DNA of 64,000 nucleotides from NCBI RefSeq assembly GCF_053078305.1, contig NZ_CP166879.1; one strand, 5' to 3'. Shown piece by piece: positions 61,517 to 64,000 of this stretch (position 1 is its first letter; each line of letters starts with the position of its first letter). The notes under the pieces were generated by a model. It saw only the letters and a program-made list of their open reading frames with translations, ran no database searches and was not told where the DNA came from. The position numbers and the translations under genes were made by a program.

Positions 61517-61549
61517 AACCCGATGATCTGCGCATCGGGTTTTTTATTT
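61517..61549 (+). terminator. rho-independent terminator after cheW (end of the motAB-cheAW operon)
   Basis: 9-bp stem AACCCGATG / CATCGGGTT, 7-nt loop, followed by TTTTTATTT. Confidence 0.8.
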
Positions 61550-61576
61550 CAATTTTGCGGCGGGTGGCATCAGCAA

Positions 61577-61603
61577 TAAAGTTTCCCCCCTTCTTGCCGA
61601 TAA
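61577..61603 (+). promoter_or_regulatory. sigma-28 (FliA) class III promoter of the tar-tap-che operon
   Basis: TAAAGTTT-N11-GCCGATAA is a perfect match to the FliA consensus, about 30 nt upstream of the tar ATG. Confidence 0.88.
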
Positions 61604-61634
61604 CGAGATCAACTTGTTTTCAGGAAGGTGCCTT

Positions 61635-63296
61635 ATGATTAACCGTATCCGCGTAGTCACGCTGTTGGTCATGGTGCTGGGGGTATTCGCACTGTTACAG
61701 CTTATTTCCGGCAGTCTGTTTTTTTCTTCCCTTCACCATAGCCAGAAGAGCTTTGTGGTTTCCAATCAATTACGGGAACAGCAGGGCGAGCTGACGTCAA
61801 CCTGGGATTTAATGCTGCAAACGCGCATTAACCTGAGTCGTTCAGCGGTGCGAATGATGATGGATTCCTCCAATCAACAAAGTAATGCCAAAGTTGAATT
61901 GCTCGATAGCGCCAGGAAAACATTGGCCCAGGCCGCGACTCATTATAAAAAATTCAAAAGCATGGCACCGTTACCTGAAATGGTCGCTACCAGTCGTAAT
62001 ATTGATGAAAAATATAAAAACTATTACACAGCGTTAACTGAACTGATTGATTATCTTGATTATGGCAATACTGGAGCTTATTTCGCTCAGCCAACCCAGG
62101 GAATGCAAAATGCAATGGGCGAAGCGTTTGCTCAGTACGCCCTCAGCAGTGAAAAACTGTATCGCGATATCGTCACTGACAACGCAGATGATTACCGATT
62201 TGCCCAGTGGCAACTGGCGGTTATCGCGCTGGTGGTAGTATTGATTCTGCTGGTGGCGTGGTACGGCATTCGCCGTATGTTGCTTACACCGCTGGCAAAA
62301 ATTATTGCTCACATTCGCGAAATCGCCGGTGGTAACCTGGCGAATACCCTGACCATTGACGGGCGCAGTGAAATGGGCGACCTGGCGCAGAGCGTTTCAC
62401 ATATGCAACGCTCTTTGACTGACACCGTCACTCATGTCCGCGAAGGTTCAGATGCCATCTATGCCGGTACCCGTGAAATTGCGGCGGGCAACACCGATCT
62501 TTCCTCCCGTACTGAACAGCAGGCATCCGCGCTGGAAGAAACTGCCGCCAGCATGGAGCAGCTCACCGCGACAGTGAAGCAAAATGCCGATAACGCCCGC
62601 CAGGCCTCGCAACTGGCGCAAAGTGCCTCCGACACCGCCCAGCACGGCGGCAAAGTGGTGGATGGCGTAGTGAAAACGATGCATGAGATCGCCGATAGTT
62701 CGAAGAAAATTGCCGACATTATCAGCGTTATCGACGGTATTGCCTTCCAGACTAATATCCTCGCGCTGAATGCCGCGGTTGAAGCCGCGCGAGCGGGTGA
62801 ACAGGGCCGTGGTTTTGCCGTGGTGGCGGGCGAAGTGCGTAATCTTGCCAGTCGTAGCGCCCAGGCGGCAAAAGAGATCAAAGCTCTCATTGAAGACTCC
62901 GTCTCGCGCGTTGATACCGGTTCGGTGCTGGTCGAAAGCGCCGGGGAAACAATGAACAATATCGTCAATGCTGTCACTCGCGTGACTGACATTATGGGCG
63001 AGATTGCATCGGCATCGGATGAACAGAGCCGTGGCATCGATCAAGTCGCATTGGCGGTTTCGGAAATGGATCGCGTCACGCAACAGAACGCATCGCTGGT
63101 GCAGGAATCAGCTGCCGCCGCAGCTGCGCTGGAAGAACAGGCAAGTCGTTTAACGCAAGCGGTTTCCGCGTTTCGTCTGGCAGCCAGCCCACTCACCAAT
63201 AAACCGCAAACACCATCCCGTCCTGCTAGTGAGCAACCACCGGCACAGCCACGACTGCGAATTGCTGAACAAGATCCAAACTGGGAAACATTTTGA
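61635..63296 (+). CDS. tar: methyl-accepting chemotaxis protein II (aspartate/maltose receptor Tar)
   Basis: ORF-track 61614-63296. From [30 protein letters not shown] (553 aa, C-terminal NWETF) it matches K-12 Tar. Confidence 0.96.
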   Translation: MINRIRVVTLLVMVLGVFALLQLISGSLFFSSLHHSQKSFVVSNQLREQQGELTSTWDLMLQTRINLSRSAVRMMMDSSNQQSNAKVELLDSARKTLAQAATHYKKFKSMAPLPEMVATSRNIDEKYKNYYTALTELIDYLDYGNTGAYFAQPTQGMQNAMGEAFAQYALSSEKLYRDIVTDNADDYRFAQWQLAVIALVVVLILLVAWYGIRRMLLTPLAKIIAHIREIAGGNLANTLTIDGRSEMGDLAQSVSHMQRSLTDTVTHVREGSDAIYAGTREIAAGNTDLSSRTEQQASALEETAASMEQLTATVKQNADNARQASQLAQSASDTAQHGGKVVDGVVKTMHEIADSSKKIADIISVIDGIAFQTNILALNAAVEAARAGEQGRGFAVVAGEVRNLASRSAQAAKEIKALIEDSVSRVDTGSVLVESAGETMNNIVNAVTRVTDIMGEIASASDEQSRGIDQVALAVSEMDRVTQQNASLVQESAAAAAALEEQASRLTQAVSAFRLAASPLTNKPQTPSRPASEQPPAQPRLRIAEQDPNWETF

Positions 63297-63341
63297 CGAG
63301 TATTTACTAACGCGGTCATTGCCGCCTGATGGGGAGCGTTG

Positions 63342-64000
63342 ATGTTTAATCGTATTCGAATTTCGACCACGCTGTTTTTAATTTTGATTCTCTGCGGGAT
63401 CTTGCAGATTGGCAGTAACGGCATGTCTTTTTGGGCATTTCGCGACGATTTGCAACGACTGAATCAGGTCGAGCAGAGCAATCAGCAACGTGCGGCATTA
63501 GCGCAAACTCGGGCGGTAATGTTACAGGCCAGTACCGCGCTGAACAAAGCAGGCACTCTGACAGCGCTTAGCTATCCGGCGGATGACATTAAAACGTTGA
63601 TGACGACGGCGCGCGCCAGTCTGACGCAATCCACCACGCTGTTTAAAAGTTTTATGGCGATGACTGCGGGCAACGAGCACGTCAGGGCATTGCAAAAAGA
63701 GACGGAGAAAAGTTTTGCCCGCTGGCACAACGATCTCGAACATCAGGCGACCTGGCTTGAAAGTAATCAACTTTCGGATTTCCTCACTGCGCCGGTGCAG
63801 GGATCACAGAATGCGTTTGACGTTAACTTTGAGGCCTGGCAGCTGGAGATCAACCATGTGCTGGAAGCTGCCAGTGCGCAAAGCCAGCGTAACTATCAGA
63901 TTTCGGCGCTGGTGTTTATCAGCATGATTATTGTTGCGGCGATCTACATCAGCAGTGCGCTGTGGTGGACGCGCAAGATGATTGTTCAACCACTGGCCAT
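63342..64000 (+). CDS. tap: methyl-accepting chemotaxis protein IV (dipeptide receptor Tap), 5' part; runs off window end
   Basis: ATG at 63342 gives MFNRIRISTTLFLILILCGILQIGSNGMSFWAFRDDLQRLNQ..., matching the K-12 Tap N-terminus. No stop before the window end, hence absent from the ORF track. Confidence 0.9.
   Translation, partial: MFNRIRISTTLFLILILCGILQIGSNGMSFWAFRDDLQRLNQVEQSNQQRAALAQTRAVMLQASTALNKAGTLTALSYPADDIKTLMTTARASLTQSTTLFKSFMAMTAGNEHVRALQKETEKSFARWHNDLEHQATWLESNQLSDFLTAPVQGSQNAFDVNFEAWQLEINHVLEAASAQSQRNYQISALVFISMIIVAAIYISSALWWTRKMIVQPLA

Noticed and set aside
62448-63083. 211-aa and 192-aa minus-strand ORFs inside tar. Plus-strand ORFs of 186 and 194 aa lie inside wzc (4641-5789).
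   Set aside because: They overlap genes whose products match K-12 proteins end to end, so these are antisense shadow frames.

Overview
This window is Escherichia coli-type chromosome carrying a complete Mu-like transposable prophage of about 39.1 kb. Gene identities come from reading the ORF translations and motifs by eye and from recalled K-12 and phage Mu sequences. No database search was run.

Layout:
- 1-8,896: the 5' part of the colanic-acid capsule operon on the minus strand (wcaE', wcaD, wcaC, wcaB, wcaA, wzc, wzb, wza). It has a REP element and an ops/JUMPStart antitermination site. It is followed by the first 208 codons of yegH.
- About 8,897-48,039: the Mu-like prophage. It reads c-type repressor / ner / DDE transposase A / AAA+ B / gam / about 14 unknown early genes / gemA / terminator / mor-type activator / SAR endolysin plus overlapped spanins / terminase, portal, F, G, I, T head genes / sheath, tube, chaperone, tape measure, baseplate, tail fibre. 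It ends with a small Gin-type invertible segment, gin, a cargo island of about 3.2 kb, com-mom, and right-end transposase sites.
- 48,040-64,000: the first 46 codons of ftnB (minus strand), then araFGH, otsBA, uspC, flhDC, motAB, cheAW, tar and the start of tap.

Main observations:
1. The two prophage ends sit in different genes (yegH and ftnB). In K-12 these are about 150 kb apart, and here they are mutually inverted. This implies a Mu-associated inversion, or recombination between two copies.
2. No reading of the right prophage junction gives the canonical 3'-CA terminus.
3. A cargo island lies between gin and com-mom. It encodes a 685-aa SASA-type (GQSN...WIQGEGD) esterase with a LamG-like C-terminal domain, plus small unknown genes.
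4. An 88-nt tRNA-like element with a perfect acceptor stem and T-arm but a non-canonical core lies antisense between head genes.
5. The invertible tail-fibre segment is minimal and asymmetric, carrying only one tail-fibre assembly gene.
6. GATC clusters and an inverted repeat lie upstream of com-mom.
7. The early-region block of uncharacterised genes includes tandem paralogues and a triple-HTH protein.

No CRISPR array, rRNA gene or IS element was seen.
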